The notes: generated from the sequence alone by a model not told the origin. Positions 41,088-51,081 are shown, numbered from the stretch's first letter. The stretch: DNA of 64,000 nucleotides from an uncultured Desulfatitalea sp. (GCA_963668675.2 CAXXMB010000002.1:2528001-2592000); one strand, 5' to 3'. Translations and numbers: made by a program.

Positions 41088-41238
41088 TTTGCACGTTTCC
41101 TCTTTATGTTATCGATCCTATCTACCCAATTAAGGGAAAATCCCCACATGCGATCCATGGGAGACTGAACAGCGACACTCCTCGTCTAAACTTCCTGCTC
41201 GAAAACCGAAATATTGCGAGTCGCTATACGATCATTTG

Positions 41239-42627
41239 CTATGCGACACTGTCTTCGCTCCTGTTCAACAGCTCCAATTTGATCTGCCGCTTGTCATCGT
41301 TGGCCAGATGCAGGGTTTGTGTGGGAAAGGCAAAGTTAATCCCCTCAGCATTGAATTGCCGGGTGATCTCGAGGCACGTGCGCTGGACCCAATCCTGGTA
41401 ATCCCACCACTCGGGCGGGTGATACCAGGCCACCACCAGGATATTGAGGCTCCAGTCATTGAATCCGTTGAAGATGGCGCGCGGCGGAAAATCGGGGTGC
41501 ATGCCCTCATGGTCGGCGAGAATGTCGCGGATGATGGCCACCGCTTTCTCGATCTTCTCCGGCGGTGTGTCGTAGGTGATGCCGATGTTGTTCAACCAGC
41601 GGATATGGGGGCGCTTGCTGACATTTTCCAGGCCGGAATTGACCAGCCTTTCGTTCGGAATGGTGACCAGGTTGCCGGGCAACGTTCGTATGCGGGTGCT
41701 GCGAAACCCGACACTCTCCACCGTACCGTCGTAGCTGTCGATAATGATTCTGTCGCCAACCTGGAACGGCTTGTCGAGCAGGATGGTCAACGTCCCGAAG
41801 AAATTGGCGATCGAGTCCTTGGCGGCCAGGGCTACGGCAATACCGCCAATACCCAAAGAGGCCAGTAGAGGACCGATCTGGACACCGGTGAGGTTTTGAA
41901 CTGCGATGACACTGCCCAGAATGATGATGAAAACTCTAAGGGTCTTGCCGAACAGGGGCACCAGGATGTCGTCCAGCGTGCTCTCAGTACTTTTGGCCCA
42001 CTGCATAAGCCTTGCATCGAGCACATTGACGAATTGATAGATGAACCAGAAGAGGGCGACAATACCTCCCAAGGCGGTTGAGCGCTGCAAGATCAAATGG
42101 ACAAGATTGCTGCCGTCAGGCGATTGAAAGTGGCCGTAGAGGGGCGAAAGGGCACCGTAAATACCGTACACCCATATGGCCAGCGTCAAGGGCCGCGTCA
42201 GTGCCCGCAGCATAAGACGGGTCAACGAAATGGCACCCTCCACACGCGGAATAGCATCGATTTTGCGTTGGATCAGCCAGCGAACCATCCGTTCGAAGGA
42301 GACCACGAGAAAGACCAGAAACAGGCAAAACAATATTTTCAGCCAACTGATATCACGATATATTTTTGTGTTGATCCATGCTCCGACGCGATCGGACGCT
42401 TTCTTGCCGAACTGTTCGATTTTTTGCCCGACCTTCTCACCGGCCTTGTCGATTTTGCCCGATTCTGGGACCAGATTGTCGCCTTCATCCGCAGTTTGAT
42501 CGGACGGTTGTTCTGTCGCTGGGTTCTGGGGCGCTTTCGTTTGGGCCCCAACCGTCTGGAAAAGGGGGAACCAGAGCGCCAGAAGAAACATTGAGGCTAA
42601 GATGGCCTTATAGCGCAGGTTTTGCAT
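41239..42627 (-). CDS. MscS family mechanosensitive channel
   Basis: LGIGGIAVALAAKD, KPFQVGD, FRSTRIR, IPN, FAFPTQT. Confidence 0.92.
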   Translation of the reverse strand: MQNLRYKAILASMFLLALWFPLFQTVGAQTKAPQNPATEQPSDQTADEGDNLVPESGKIDKAGEKVGQKIEQFGKKASDRVGAWINTKIYRDISWLKILFCLFLVFLVVSFERMVRWLIQRKIDAIPRVEGAISLTRLMLRALTRPLTLAIWVYGIYGALSPLYGHFQSPDGSNLVHLILQRSTALGGIVALFWFIYQFVNVLDARLMQWAKSTESTLDDILVPLFGKTLRVFIIILGSVIAVQNLTGVQIGPLLASLGIGGIAVALAAKDSIANFFGTLTILLDKPFQVGDRIIIDSYDGTVESVGFRSTRIRTLPGNLVTIPNERLVNSGLENVSKRPHIRWLNNIGITYDTPPEKIEKAVAIIRDILADHEGMHPDFPPRAIFNGFNDWSLNILVVAWYHPPEWWDYQDWVQRTCLEITRQFNAEGINFAFPTQTLHLANDDKRQIKLELLNRSEDSVA

Positions 42628-42725
42628 CCAATTCTCCTAAAACTTTCTGACGATTAAAGATGTGATTTGCTCGAGCGTATTCTTGCGGTTCAAGCCGCTC
42701 TGTCCCACGAAACATCATGCGGCCA

Positions 42726-44174
42726 TTACGCCCTGTTCTTGAATGCCTCTTTTCGAATACCGTGATGACTCATGAGCTTATGCAACTGCCGGGTCGTGAT
42801 GCCGGCTTCCTCAGCAGAGCGATTGATCTTTCCACCGTTTCGGGAGAGAAGGTCTTTTAAATATCGGCGCTCAAAATCATCCAACGCCTGTCTGCGCGCC
42901 TCGGCCAACGGCAATTGGGTGTCTACCGTGAGTGTGGTCGAATCTGAAGCGTTTTCAAAAAGCTCCAAAGGGAATCCTTCAGGGGTCAGAACAGGAGATT
43001 CTTCCAAGATGTAGGCACGTTCCATTAGATTCTCCAACTCCCTCACATTTCCCGGCCAGTCGTAGTTGGCCAGGTTTTGGAGAACATGGGGGTGTACCGA
43101 AGAGATCGATTTTTGAAACTCCCGATTGAGACGCTCAAGAAAAAGGTGAACGAGTTGGGGCAAATCTTCGATGCGTTCGCTCAAAGGTGGTATGTGGATC
43201 GGAAAGACGTTCAATCGATAGTACAAATCCTTGCGAAATTGGCCCGTCTCACACGCGGTTTTCAAATCGCTATTGGTGGCGGCAATCACCCGGGCGTTGG
43301 TGTTGATCATCTCATCGCCGCCGACCCGACTGAACGTGCCATCCTGGAGGACTTGCAACAACTTAATTTGGGCCTGGGGCGTTAATGTGCCCACCTCATC
43401 CAGAAAGATGGTGCCGCCGTTGGCGATTTCGAACTTTCCCAGTTTTTTACGCATGGCGCCGGTAAATGCCCCTTTTTCATGCCCGAACAGTTCACTCTCA
43501 AGCAACGTGTCCGGTATGGCGCCACAATGCACACTGATGAATTGAGATTGATGGCGGTTGCTGTGCTGGTGAATCAATTTGGCCATCACGCTTTTCCCTG
43601 TGCCGGTGTCGCCGGTCAGGAGCACTGTGGTTTTGGTGGACGCCACCGATCGAATTTTTTTGAACACCGAGACCATGGCCTCGCTTTTGGTTTGGATCAC
43701 TTCACGGGCATCGTCTTTCCAAAATTTATCTCTCAGATAGTCCAGTTCTGATTGACGTATTTCTGTTTTTTTTAACGTGTCGATAACCAGCAGCACCTCG
43801 TCACAGGAGATTGGGTACGTGATGTAATCGTCAGCGCTTTGCTTGACCATGCTAACGGCCTGGCGAACTTTTTCGGGGGCGGCCATGATGACGATTTTGA
43901 TGGAGGGGGTCTGCTTTCGAAAAAGCTCTGCAACCGCGTCAAACGCTTTGTCGCCCATTGATTCCATCAAAATGTCCAGATCGATAATCACTCCTTCATA
44001 TCGCATCTGTTCAGCCATTTTGACGGCGTGTGGCACATCGACCGCGCTGTCGATTTTCAAGCCAGGCTCGAAAGCGGATTGAATCTTTGCAATATCGTCC
44101 GCTACAGCGGATATGATCAACAGGGATTGCAATGGCACCTCTGCAAGCTTTGAGTTGCATCCGAACAATTGCAT
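42726..44174 (-). CDS. Sigma54-dependent enhancer-binding protein with atypical receiver domain
   Basis: GDTGTGKS, ESELFGHEKGAFTGA, FLDE, WPGNVRELEN, Fis-type HTH; start probably ~40 nt downstream of the ORF-track start. Confidence 0.92.
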   Translation of the reverse strand: MQLFGCNSKLAEVPLQSLLIISAVADDIAKIQSAFEPGLKIDSAVDVPHAVKMAEQMRYEGVIIDLDILMESMGDKAFDAVAELFRKQTPSIKIVIMAAPEKVRQAVSMVKQSADDYITYPISCDEVLLVIDTLKKTEIRQSELDYLRDKFWKDDAREVIQTKSEAMVSVFKKIRSVASTKTTVLLTGDTGTGKSVMAKLIHQHSNRHQSQFISVHCGAIPDTLLESELFGHEKGAFTGAMRKKLGKFEIANGGTIFLDEVGTLTPQAQIKLLQVLQDGTFSRVGGDEMINTNARVIAATNSDLKTACETGQFRKDLYYRLNVFPIHIPPLSERIEDLPQLVHLFLERLNREFQKSISSVHPHVLQNLANYDWPGNVRELENLMERAYILEESPVLTPEGFPLELFENASDSTTLTVDTQLPLAEARRQALDDFERRYLKDLLSRNGGKINRSAEEAGITTRQLHKLMSHHGIRKEAFKNRA

Positions 44175-44269
44175 CTTTACATAATAAAGGTGAACAGATC
44201 AATCAATGCATGATTACGGGTTAGAAGGGAAAATCATAGGGTGATGCTATTTTTTCTTCCAGAAGGGTT

Positions 44270-44450
44270 AGAACCTATAATTCCAGCGATGGTTCAGGCG
44301 ATAGATAAGAAATAGGAGTTCCCTTTTCTCCCGAACAGGAACCGAAGATTCCACTTCATTTATGGGGCATCAGCCGTCTAAACGATTTCAAAATCGGTCT
44401 TTGGCAATGGGGCGAGGCACTGCCGCTTATATGGCGGAAGTTTGGGTTCC
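44270..44450. promoter_or_regulatory. Four copies of palindrome RGAAN-N5-RTTCC (putative activator sites)
   Basis: 44270 agaac-ctata-attcc; 44308 agaaa-tagga-gttcc; 44338 ggaac-cgaag-attcc; 44436 ggaag-tttgg-gttcc. Confidence 0.65.
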
Positions 44451-44502
44451 GACCCCAAAAAACCTGGCGCAAATAATATATTTAAATACAGATAGTTAAA
44501 TT

Positions 44503-44519
44503 GTGGCATGCAAATTGAT
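44503..44519 (+). promoter_or_regulatory. Putative sigma54 promoter (-12 variant TTGA)
   Basis: gTGGCATGcaaaTTGAt after an AT-rich tract, divergent from the activator gene. Confidence 0.6.
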
Positions 44520-44570
44520 TATGGTGATACCGACGAAATTACCGTCCCCAACTCAGACAAGGAGAATAAA

Positions 44571-44843
44571 ATGAAAGTAAAAACCAGTATGTTGCTTACC
44601 CTCGTTTTCTTGGCCATTTTCAGCATCGGTACCGCATTGGCCGGCGATGTGACCGTATCCGGCGAATTGACCGACGGCTATCAGATCGTCACCGCAACGG
44701 GTGATGTCTACGATGTCGCGGATGATGCAAAAGGAGAAGAGCTATCTGAAAATGTCGGTAAAAAAGTTGTGGTCCAAGGCACCCTGATGGAAGAAGAGGG
44801 CATCAAAACCATCACCGTGACCAGCTTTAAAGTGGTAGAATAA
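44571..44843 (+). CDS. Small secreted beta-rich (OB-fold-like) protein
   Basis: AAGGAG SD; signal peptide ending ALA; VGKKVVVQG...ITVTSF strand pattern. Confidence 0.75.
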   Translation: MKVKTSMLLTLVFLAIFSIGTALAGDVTVSGELTDGYQIVTATGDVYDVADDAKGEELSENVGKKVVVQGTLMEEEGIKTITVTSFKVVE

Positions 44844-44864
44844 CCGTTTTTACAACATGTTGTG

Positions 44865-44906
44865 GAGGGCGCTGTTCTGCTGAGCGGACGGTGCCCTTCT
44901 TTTTTT
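44865..44906 (+). terminator. Terminator-like hairpin after the first operon gene
   Basis: gagggcgctgttc...ggacggtgccctt followed by a T run. Confidence 0.55.
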
Positions 44907-44955
44907 GTTGGCAGCGTCTAACCGCTGTTGTAGTTCAACTATAGAGGTGCAGCAC

Positions 44956-46050
44956 ATGTCGGAGAACAGTGATCTCAATTCGCGCTACAGCTTAATGGAC
45001 GGCGCAAATGGCATTGTGGACGATACGGTGAAGGACGTAGATGTCCAGCGAAGAATTGCCACCGATTCATCCCAGAACCTTTCGGCCCGGTTGGAAGCAT
45101 TCGAAGATATTATCGACTCCCAAGTGGGCGATACGTTGATGGTGCGCACCCGCAATATCGAGAGAGAGGTGGGGCTTCGTCAGTTGTATCTGAAATTTGA
45201 GGGGGGCAACCCCACCGGCACCCAGAAAGACCGGATTGCATTTGCCCAGGCCATGGATGCATTGCGCCGCGGTTTTGATACGGTTACCGTGGCCACATGC
45301 GGCAATTATGGTGTGGCGGCCGCCATGGCGTGTTCGCTGGCTGGTCTGCACTGTCTGGTTTTTCTTCCCGGCCACTATCATACCAAGAGAGTGGATGAGA
45401 TGGTCCGGCTCGGAGCTGAAATTAGAAGGATTCCAGGAGATTATGAAGCTGCCGTTGCAGCGGCCCGGCAGTATGCCCATGACCATGAGTGCTATGATGC
45501 CAATCCGGGCGGGGACAATACCGTCCTGCAAATCCAGGCATACGGGGCCATGGCGTACGAGATCTATGACGAACTCAGAGATGCACCGGCGGTGGTGGCC
45601 GCGCCCGTATCCAACGGGACGACGCTGGTCGGCTTGTACCGGGGTTTCTTGAGTCTGTACCGACGCGGCAAGACCTCCCATATGCCGCGTATCGTGGCCG
45701 GTTCATCTTTCGGTAAGAATCCCATCGTGCACTCTTTTATATCGGGGCACAGCAGTTGTATGGATCTGAGACCGGAGCGGATTCGTGAGACGGCCGTCAA
45801 CGAACCGCTGATCAACTGGCACTCCATTGATGGCGATTTGGCGCTAACCGCTATTCGTGAGACCAATGGATGGGCCGCCAATGCCTCGGATAAGGCCATG
45901 CGGCAGTATTCACGCTTATTGCGTGAAAAAGAGGGCTTGCAGGTATTGCCTGCATCCACGGCCGGTTTGATCGCTTTTATCGAACGCCACCGGACCGATC
46001 CGCTGCCCGGTGACCGATATGTGATCATTCTTACGGGAAGGAAAGCGTAA
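44956..46050 (+). CDS. Fold-type II PLP-dependent enzyme (threonine synthase-like, divergent)
   Basis: LKFEGGNPTGTQKDR (PLP Lys), ATCGNYG, YEIYDEL, PVSNGT, ILTG. Confidence 0.85.
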   Translation: MSENSDLNSRYSLMDGANGIVDDTVKDVDVQRRIATDSSQNLSARLEAFEDIIDSQVGDTLMVRTRNIEREVGLRQLYLKFEGGNPTGTQKDRIAFAQAMDALRRGFDTVTVATCGNYGVAAAMACSLAGLHCLVFLPGHYHTKRVDEMVRLGAEIRRIPGDYEAAVAAARQYAHDHECYDANPGGDNTVLQIQAYGAMAYEIYDELRDAPAVVAAPVSNGTTLVGLYRGFLSLYRRGKTSHMPRIVAGSSFGKNPIVHSFISGHSSCMDLRPERIRETAVNEPLINWHSIDGDLALTAIRETNGWAANASDKAMRQYSRLLREKEGLQVLPASTAGLIAFIERHRTDPLPGDRYVIILTGRKA

Positions 46051-47139
46051 ATGGCTCAATTACACACACCCGAAGGCAATGCCTTGATCTATTGTCAAGG
46101 AGGTTTCAACACCACCAACGGCAAAACCGCCCATGGCCTTGTACGATATACGCAGCGGTATCGAATTCTGGGTGTTATCGATACGCGCTATGCCGGCCAA
46201 GATGCCGGGCAGGTCCTTGATGGGCTGGCCAGCGGCATACCCGTATACGCTAATTTGGCCGAAGCATTGGCCGCGCATGTGGAAAGTGGCATGCAGCCAA
46301 CCCATTTGGTAGTCGGCTTGGCACCGGATGGCGGCCGGCTGAGCAGTGAGGATCGCAAAGCGATGGCTGCTGCATTGGAGGCCGGTCTGCATGTGGACGC
46401 CGGTCTGCATGACTTTTTGTCGGACGACCCGATAATGAACGCTTTGGCGGAAAAGAAGGGTTGCCGTATCCGGGATATCCGAAAGCCGCCGCCAAGAAGC
46501 GAGCTGCACTTTTTCAGCGGCAAAATCGAGCAAGTGGATGCCCTCAAGATTGCGCTATTGGGAACCGATTCGGCTGTGGGCAAACGCACAACGGCGTGGC
46601 TGCTGGTGCATGCGCTGAATGCGGCCGGTGTCGCTGCCGAGATGGTGGGAACCGGTCAAACGGCATGGCTGCAAGGGGCGCGATACAGCATCGTACTCGA
46701 TTCACTGGTCAATGATTTTGTCTCCGGAGAGATAGAACATGCGGTGTGGTCGGCATGGAACGAGCAACATCCCCAGGCCATTGTGATCGAAGGCCAAGGC
46801 AGTTTAATGAACCCGGCCTATCCGGGCGGTTTCGAGATTCTGGCTGCCGGGCGCCCGGACATTGTGATCCTGCAGCATGCGCCGGCAAGAGAGGATTACG
46901 ACGGATTTCCAGGGTATCCGATGCACCCGCTGCCGGTTCAGATCCAGGCAATAGAACTGCTTTCGGGCAAACCCGTTGTAGCGGTAACGGTGAACCACGA
47001 GGGGCTTTCACCCGAGCAGCTGCCCCAAACCTTTGAATGCATTGAGCAGGAGACAGGCTTGCCGGCCTTCGATGTGCTCAACGATGGCGCCGGGGCCTTG
47101 GCAGCGCTGATCATCAGACGGCTGGAAGAAATGCGATGA
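46051..47139 (+). CDS. DUF1611 family protein (family of D-glutamate N-acetyltransferase DgcN)
   Basis: GKTAHGLVRY, GLH.FL, GTDSAVGKRTT, TGQT, IEGQGSL..PAY. Confidence 0.88.
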   Translation: MAQLHTPEGNALIYCQGGFNTTNGKTAHGLVRYTQRYRILGVIDTRYAGQDAGQVLDGLASGIPVYANLAEALAAHVESGMQPTHLVVGLAPDGGRLSSEDRKAMAAALEAGLHVDAGLHDFLSDDPIMNALAEKKGCRIRDIRKPPPRSELHFFSGKIEQVDALKIALLGTDSAVGKRTTAWLLVHALNAAGVAAEMVGTGQTAWLQGARYSIVLDSLVNDFVSGEIEHAVWSAWNEQHPQAIVIEGQGSLMNPAYPGGFEILAAGRPDIVILQHAPAREDYDGFPGYPMHPLPVQIQAIELLSGKPVVAVTVNHEGLSPEQLPQTFECIEQETGLPAFDVLNDGAGALAALIIRRLEEMR

Positions 47140-49529
47140 GTACTTCCCAAAGTTCATACCCAGACAATCCGATGCAGGCACTTCTGGTAATCGATCGATT
47201 GCAGGTCGGTCCCTTGCGGTTGGAGAACAAACGGCTGGTGATGCCCTACCGGGTGGAACAAGGCGACCGGTCGGAGCAGTTTGATCTGATCTACTCATAC
47301 GAGGAGCGTGTGTTTGATCCTGAAGAGCCCGAGTCTATTAACCTGGCTGCCATGATCGGCGCCCAGGCGGCGCTAAACTACGGTCTTTTTTGTCGGGAGA
47401 TCATTTTTCACGGCCCTTTTGACGGATCGGATCGCCGCTTTTTGCGCACCATGGCCGAAAATACGTCCAAAGAGATTTACGTCAAAAAGTTTCTGGAGCC
47501 CAATCCGTTTTTGCAAGGTGCCGTCAGCAATCTACCGGTAGTTGTACAGAAAAACTACCTCCAAGCGCGCTTGCGATTTGTGGATCAGAACAAAGGGAAA
47601 GCGAGACTCACGCGCTGGCAGCGCTGGCCAACTGATCGGCATCGCCACTGTATTCTATCCAGTGGCGGCAAAGACAGCCTGCTCAGTTTTGGTTTAATGC
47701 AAGAGATTGTCGGCGGTGCTTCTCAAGCAAGCTTCAAAGGTGAGGTTCATCCGATTTTTGTCAACGAATCGGGCCGGCACTGGTTTACGGCATTGAATGC
47801 CTATCGCCATTTTGAACGCTACGTGCCCAATACGGCCCGCGTGTGGGTCAACAGCGACCGGCTGTTTGCCTGGATGCTGCGCAGGCTGCCGTTTATCCGT
47901 TCTGATTTTGCCGACGTCCGCTCGGATGAGTATCCGATCCGGCTGTGGACTGTGGCTGTTTTTCTGTTCGGTGTGCTGCCCTTGATGCGCAAACGCGGAA
48001 TAGGCCGCCTGCTCATCGGCGATGAATACGACACCACCGTGCAGGCCATCTTTCAAGGCATACGGCACTTCGACGGTCTTTATGATCAAAGTGTCCTGTT
48101 CGACCGGGCCATGTCCGCTTACTTTATGCAAAAAGGGTGGGGGGTCAGCCAATTTTCCATTTTGCGTCCCCTTTCGGAGATGTCCATCGAGACGATATTG
48201 ACCAGACGCTTCCCGGAGCTGCAAAAACTGCAGATGTCGTGTCATGCCACCAGCAAGCAAGCGGACCGTGTTGTGCCCTGCGGCCGTTGTGAGAAGTGCC
48301 GGCGTATTGTGGGCATGTTGACCGCCATCGGCGCCGATCCCCAGCGGTGCGGATACACAGAAGCGCAAGTCCAACACTGTCTGCAGCGACTCGCTTCCGG
48401 CAGAATACACCAGGAAGCGGCAGGTGCCGAGCAGCTGCTCTATCTTCTGAGTCAGGCCAAAATGATCGACTTGGATGGCGAAGCCGGTCCGCAACCCCAG
48501 GAGCGGCCGGAGGTAATCAGCATGCGCTTTGATGGCGAATGCTCTCCCTTCGATGCAATACCACTCAATCTGCGCGCTCCGCTCTATCGCATATACAGTC
48601 AATACACCCGAGGCGCCTTGCTGCGCAATAGGGGCCACTGGAGGGCCATGGACCCCCTTTCCGCTACGGCCCTGAACTCACCCTATCCGTTTGAAAGCGA
48701 CATTGATCAGGCCTCATCCGACATCGAGGTGGTGGCGGATAAGACCCACAATGACTACGAATGGGGACAGATGACCTGGCCGCAGATGGCCCAACGATTA
48801 AAAAATATCGATATCGCGCTGCTGCCGGTGGGCGCCATCGAGCAACACGGCCCCCACTTGCCGCTGGACACCGATGCCTATGACGCCGATCGTTTAGCGC
48901 GTATGGTGGCCGAAGCGTGCCCTCCTCCCAAGCCGCTGGTTTTGCCGGCCGTGCCGTACGGCATCTCCTATCACCACAGCGATTTCAAAGGTACGCTCAG
49001 TGTCGGCAATGAGTCGTTTTCCAGCCTGATCTATGATATCGGGATGAGTGTGGCGGCCAACGGCATCCGCAAACTGATCATTATCAACGGCCACGGCGGA
49101 AATGGACCGGCCTTGAACTATGCGGCCCAGCGCATCAACCGCGATGCCCATATTTTTGTGTGTGTCGATAGCGGTGAAACCAGCGATGTGGATATTGCCG
49201 CCCTGATCCAAACAGCCAACGATGTTCATGCCGGGGAGATCGAGACCAGTACCAGCCTGGCTACCCGCCCTCATCTGGTGAGACAAAGCGAAGCGGTGTC
49301 GGAAGTGCCCCATTTCTCCAATCGCTATCTTGATTTTACGTCACGGCACGCCATCTCCTGGTACGCCTACACGGATAAGATTTCCGATTCCGGGGTCATG
49401 GGAAATCCGCTGCTGGCCGATGCGGCCAAGGGCGAAAGGATCTGGGAAATCATGGTGGCCCACCTGGTCGCACTGGTGGAAGATATTAAGCAAATGAGCC
49501 TGGATGAAATTCATCAGAGGAGCGTGTAA
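47136..49529 (+). CDS. Fusion of PP-loop adenylating domain (QueC/MurL-like) and creatininase-family amidohydrolase
   Basis: ILSSGGKDS; SCH...PCGRCEKC; C-terminal PVGAIEQHGPHLPLDTD, NGHGGN, HAGEIETS, SGVMG. Confidence 0.85.
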   Translation: MSTSQSSYPDNPMQALLVIDRLQVGPLRLENKRLVMPYRVEQGDRSEQFDLIYSYEERVFDPEEPESINLAAMIGAQAALNYGLFCREIIFHGPFDGSDRRFLRTMAENTSKEIYVKKFLEPNPFLQGAVSNLPVVVQKNYLQARLRFVDQNKGKARLTRWQRWPTDRHRHCILSSGGKDSLLSFGLMQEIVGGASQASFKGEVHPIFVNESGRHWFTALNAYRHFERYVPNTARVWVNSDRLFAWMLRRLPFIRSDFADVRSDEYPIRLWTVAVFLFGVLPLMRKRGIGRLLIGDEYDTTVQAIFQGIRHFDGLYDQSVLFDRAMSAYFMQKGWGVSQFSILRPLSEMSIETILTRRFPELQKLQMSCHATSKQADRVVPCGRCEKCRRIVGMLTAIGADPQRCGYTEAQVQHCLQRLASGRIHQEAAGAEQLLYLLSQAKMIDLDGEAGPQPQERPEVISMRFDGECSPFDAIPLNLRAPLYRIYSQYTRGALLRNRGHWRAMDPLSATALNSPYPFESDIDQASSDIEVVADKTHNDYEWGQMTWPQMAQRLKNIDIALLPVGAIEQHGPHLPLDTDAYDADRLARMVAEACPPPKPLVLPAVPYGISYHHSDFKGTLSVGNESFSSLIYDIGMSVAANGIRKLIIINGHGGNGPALNYAAQRINRDAHIFVCVDSGETSDVDIAALIQTANDVHAGEIETSTSLATRPHLVRQSEAVSEVPHFSNRYLDFTSRHAISWYAYTDKISDSGVMGNPLLADAAKGERIWEIMVAHLVALVEDIKQMSLDEIHQRSV

Positions 49530-49532
49530 CCC

Positions 49533-50600
49533 GTGAAGATTACTTCCGTTCACGCCTGTCTGGTTCCTATCGATTTGGCCGAGCCTTACACCATTGCCTA
49601 TGAAAGCGTTAGCCGTGTAGAGAATGTCTTCTTGTGTTTGGAGACGGATTATGGGGTCTGTGGCTTTGGTTGTGCCGCACCGGACCTTGCTGTGACCCAT
49701 GAAACCGCCGCCGGGACCCACGATTTGGTGGCGGCGACGATAGCGCCCTGCCTTCAAGGTGCAGATCCCCTTAAAATGGCGGTGGTTTTGAATGAATTAC
49801 TACCCGCACTCAGGCCTTACCCATCAGCATTGGCCATGGTGGATATGGCCTTGTACGATCTGCTGGGAAAAAGAGCGGGGTTACCGCTTTTTCAGCTGTT
49901 GGGCGGTTTTCGTGACAGCATATCGACCAGTGTTACCATCGGCATTTTACCCCTTGAAGAGACGCTTTCTGCGGCCAAGGCCCACGTCAAACGAGGCTTC
50001 GCGGCGTTGAAGGTCAAAGGGGGAGTAGAGGTCGACGCGGATATCGAAAAGATGTGTCAGCTCAGACAGGCTCTGGGCAGCCATGTCCAACTGCGGTTCG
50101 ATGCGAACCAGGGGTATACGGCTGACCAGGCGCGGCAGTTCTTGCAAGGCACCTTAAAAGCGGATCTGGAGCTGTTCGAGCAACCCACGCCGAGAGAGGA
50201 TTTCGACCTGCTTGGGCAAATTACCCGTCAATCCGATATCCCTGTTATGGCGGATGAGAGCATCATGGGCTTGCGCGATGTGTTTCGTCTTGCAAAGAAC
50301 GGTCTGGTGGACATGGTCAATATCAAACTCATGAAGACCGGTGGCATTGATCGTGCGATCCAAATTCATGCCGTTGCCCGAGCTGCAGGCATTGATGTCA
50401 TGGTAGGGTGCATGGATGAATCGGCCCTGGCCATCGCTGCCGGGCTGCATTTTGCCCTTAGCCGCCCCGGCATCACCCATGCGGATCTTGACGGACACTT
50501 GGATTTAAGGGGTGACCCGGCGTCAGGGGCTGTCTTGCTCAAAAAGGGTGTGCTCTATCCGACTGGCAGGCCGGGGCTGGGGCTCGATCCGAAACTATGA
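49533..50600 (+). CDS. Enolase-superfamily dipeptide epimerase / N-acyl-amino-acid racemase (AEE/DgcA-like)
   Basis: LKVKGG, DANQG, EQP, MADES, NIKLMKTGG, GCMDES, DLDG. Confidence 0.9.
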   Translation: MKITSVHACLVPIDLAEPYTIAYESVSRVENVFLCLETDYGVCGFGCAAPDLAVTHETAAGTHDLVAATIAPCLQGADPLKMAVVLNELLPALRPYPSALAMVDMALYDLLGKRAGLPLFQLLGGFRDSISTSVTIGILPLEETLSAAKAHVKRGFAALKVKGGVEVDADIEKMCQLRQALGSHVQLRFDANQGYTADQARQFLQGTLKADLELFEQPTPREDFDLLGQITRQSDIPVMADESIMGLRDVFRLAKNGLVDMVNIKLMKTGGIDRAIQIHAVARAAGIDVMVGCMDESALAIAAGLHFALSRPGITHADLDGHLDLRGDPASGAVLLKKGVLYPTGRPGLGLDPKL

Positions 50601-50754
50601 TGTCCCTGGTCAAAAAGAGAAGGCGGCCGGTGGCGGCCGCCTCATCCTGAATATGAGATTCGGTTCAAGCGCATACTGTCCCGCGCCGTGATCTCATCGA
50701 ATCGTTCGTATCGTATGAGGATCTATCTTTATCCCTATCCCTGCTTGAAGACGA

Positions 50755-51024
50755 TCAGGCAACCGATGCTTTCAATGCCTTCCCGGCAGTAAACTGAGGC
50801 ACCTTTCTCGCTTTAATTTTGATGGCTTCACCCGTGCTTGGATTGCGGCCCATGCGTGCTTTGCGCTTGGACACTTTAAAGGTGCCGAATCCGGTCAGTG
50901 TGATTTTTTCTCCATTTTTAAGGCCTTTTGCAATGGTGTCTAGAAGAGAATTCAATGCAACCTCAGCCTCTTTTTTGGTGTTGAGATACTTTGCCATTTC
51001 GTCGATCAATTCACTTTTTGTCAT
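50755..51024 (-). CDS. HU family DNA-binding protein
   Basis: MTKSELI, GFGTF, GRNPSTGE, FTAGKALK. Confidence 0.93.
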   Translation of the reverse strand: MTKSELIDEMAKYLNTKKEAEVALNSLLDTIAKGLKNGEKITLTGFGTFKVSKRKARMGRNPSTGEAIKIKARKVPQFTAGKALKASVA

Positions 51025-51081
51025 AAGAGATACCCTTTCAAATGCGTTGTCAGAAAAACGATTGAATACTTTATGCTATGG

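Noticed and set aside
47136..48700. Canonical queC or a Qat/CBASS-type QueC defence gene
   Set aside because: No queD/E/F, tgt, qat or cyclase neighbours; the context is amino-acid metabolism
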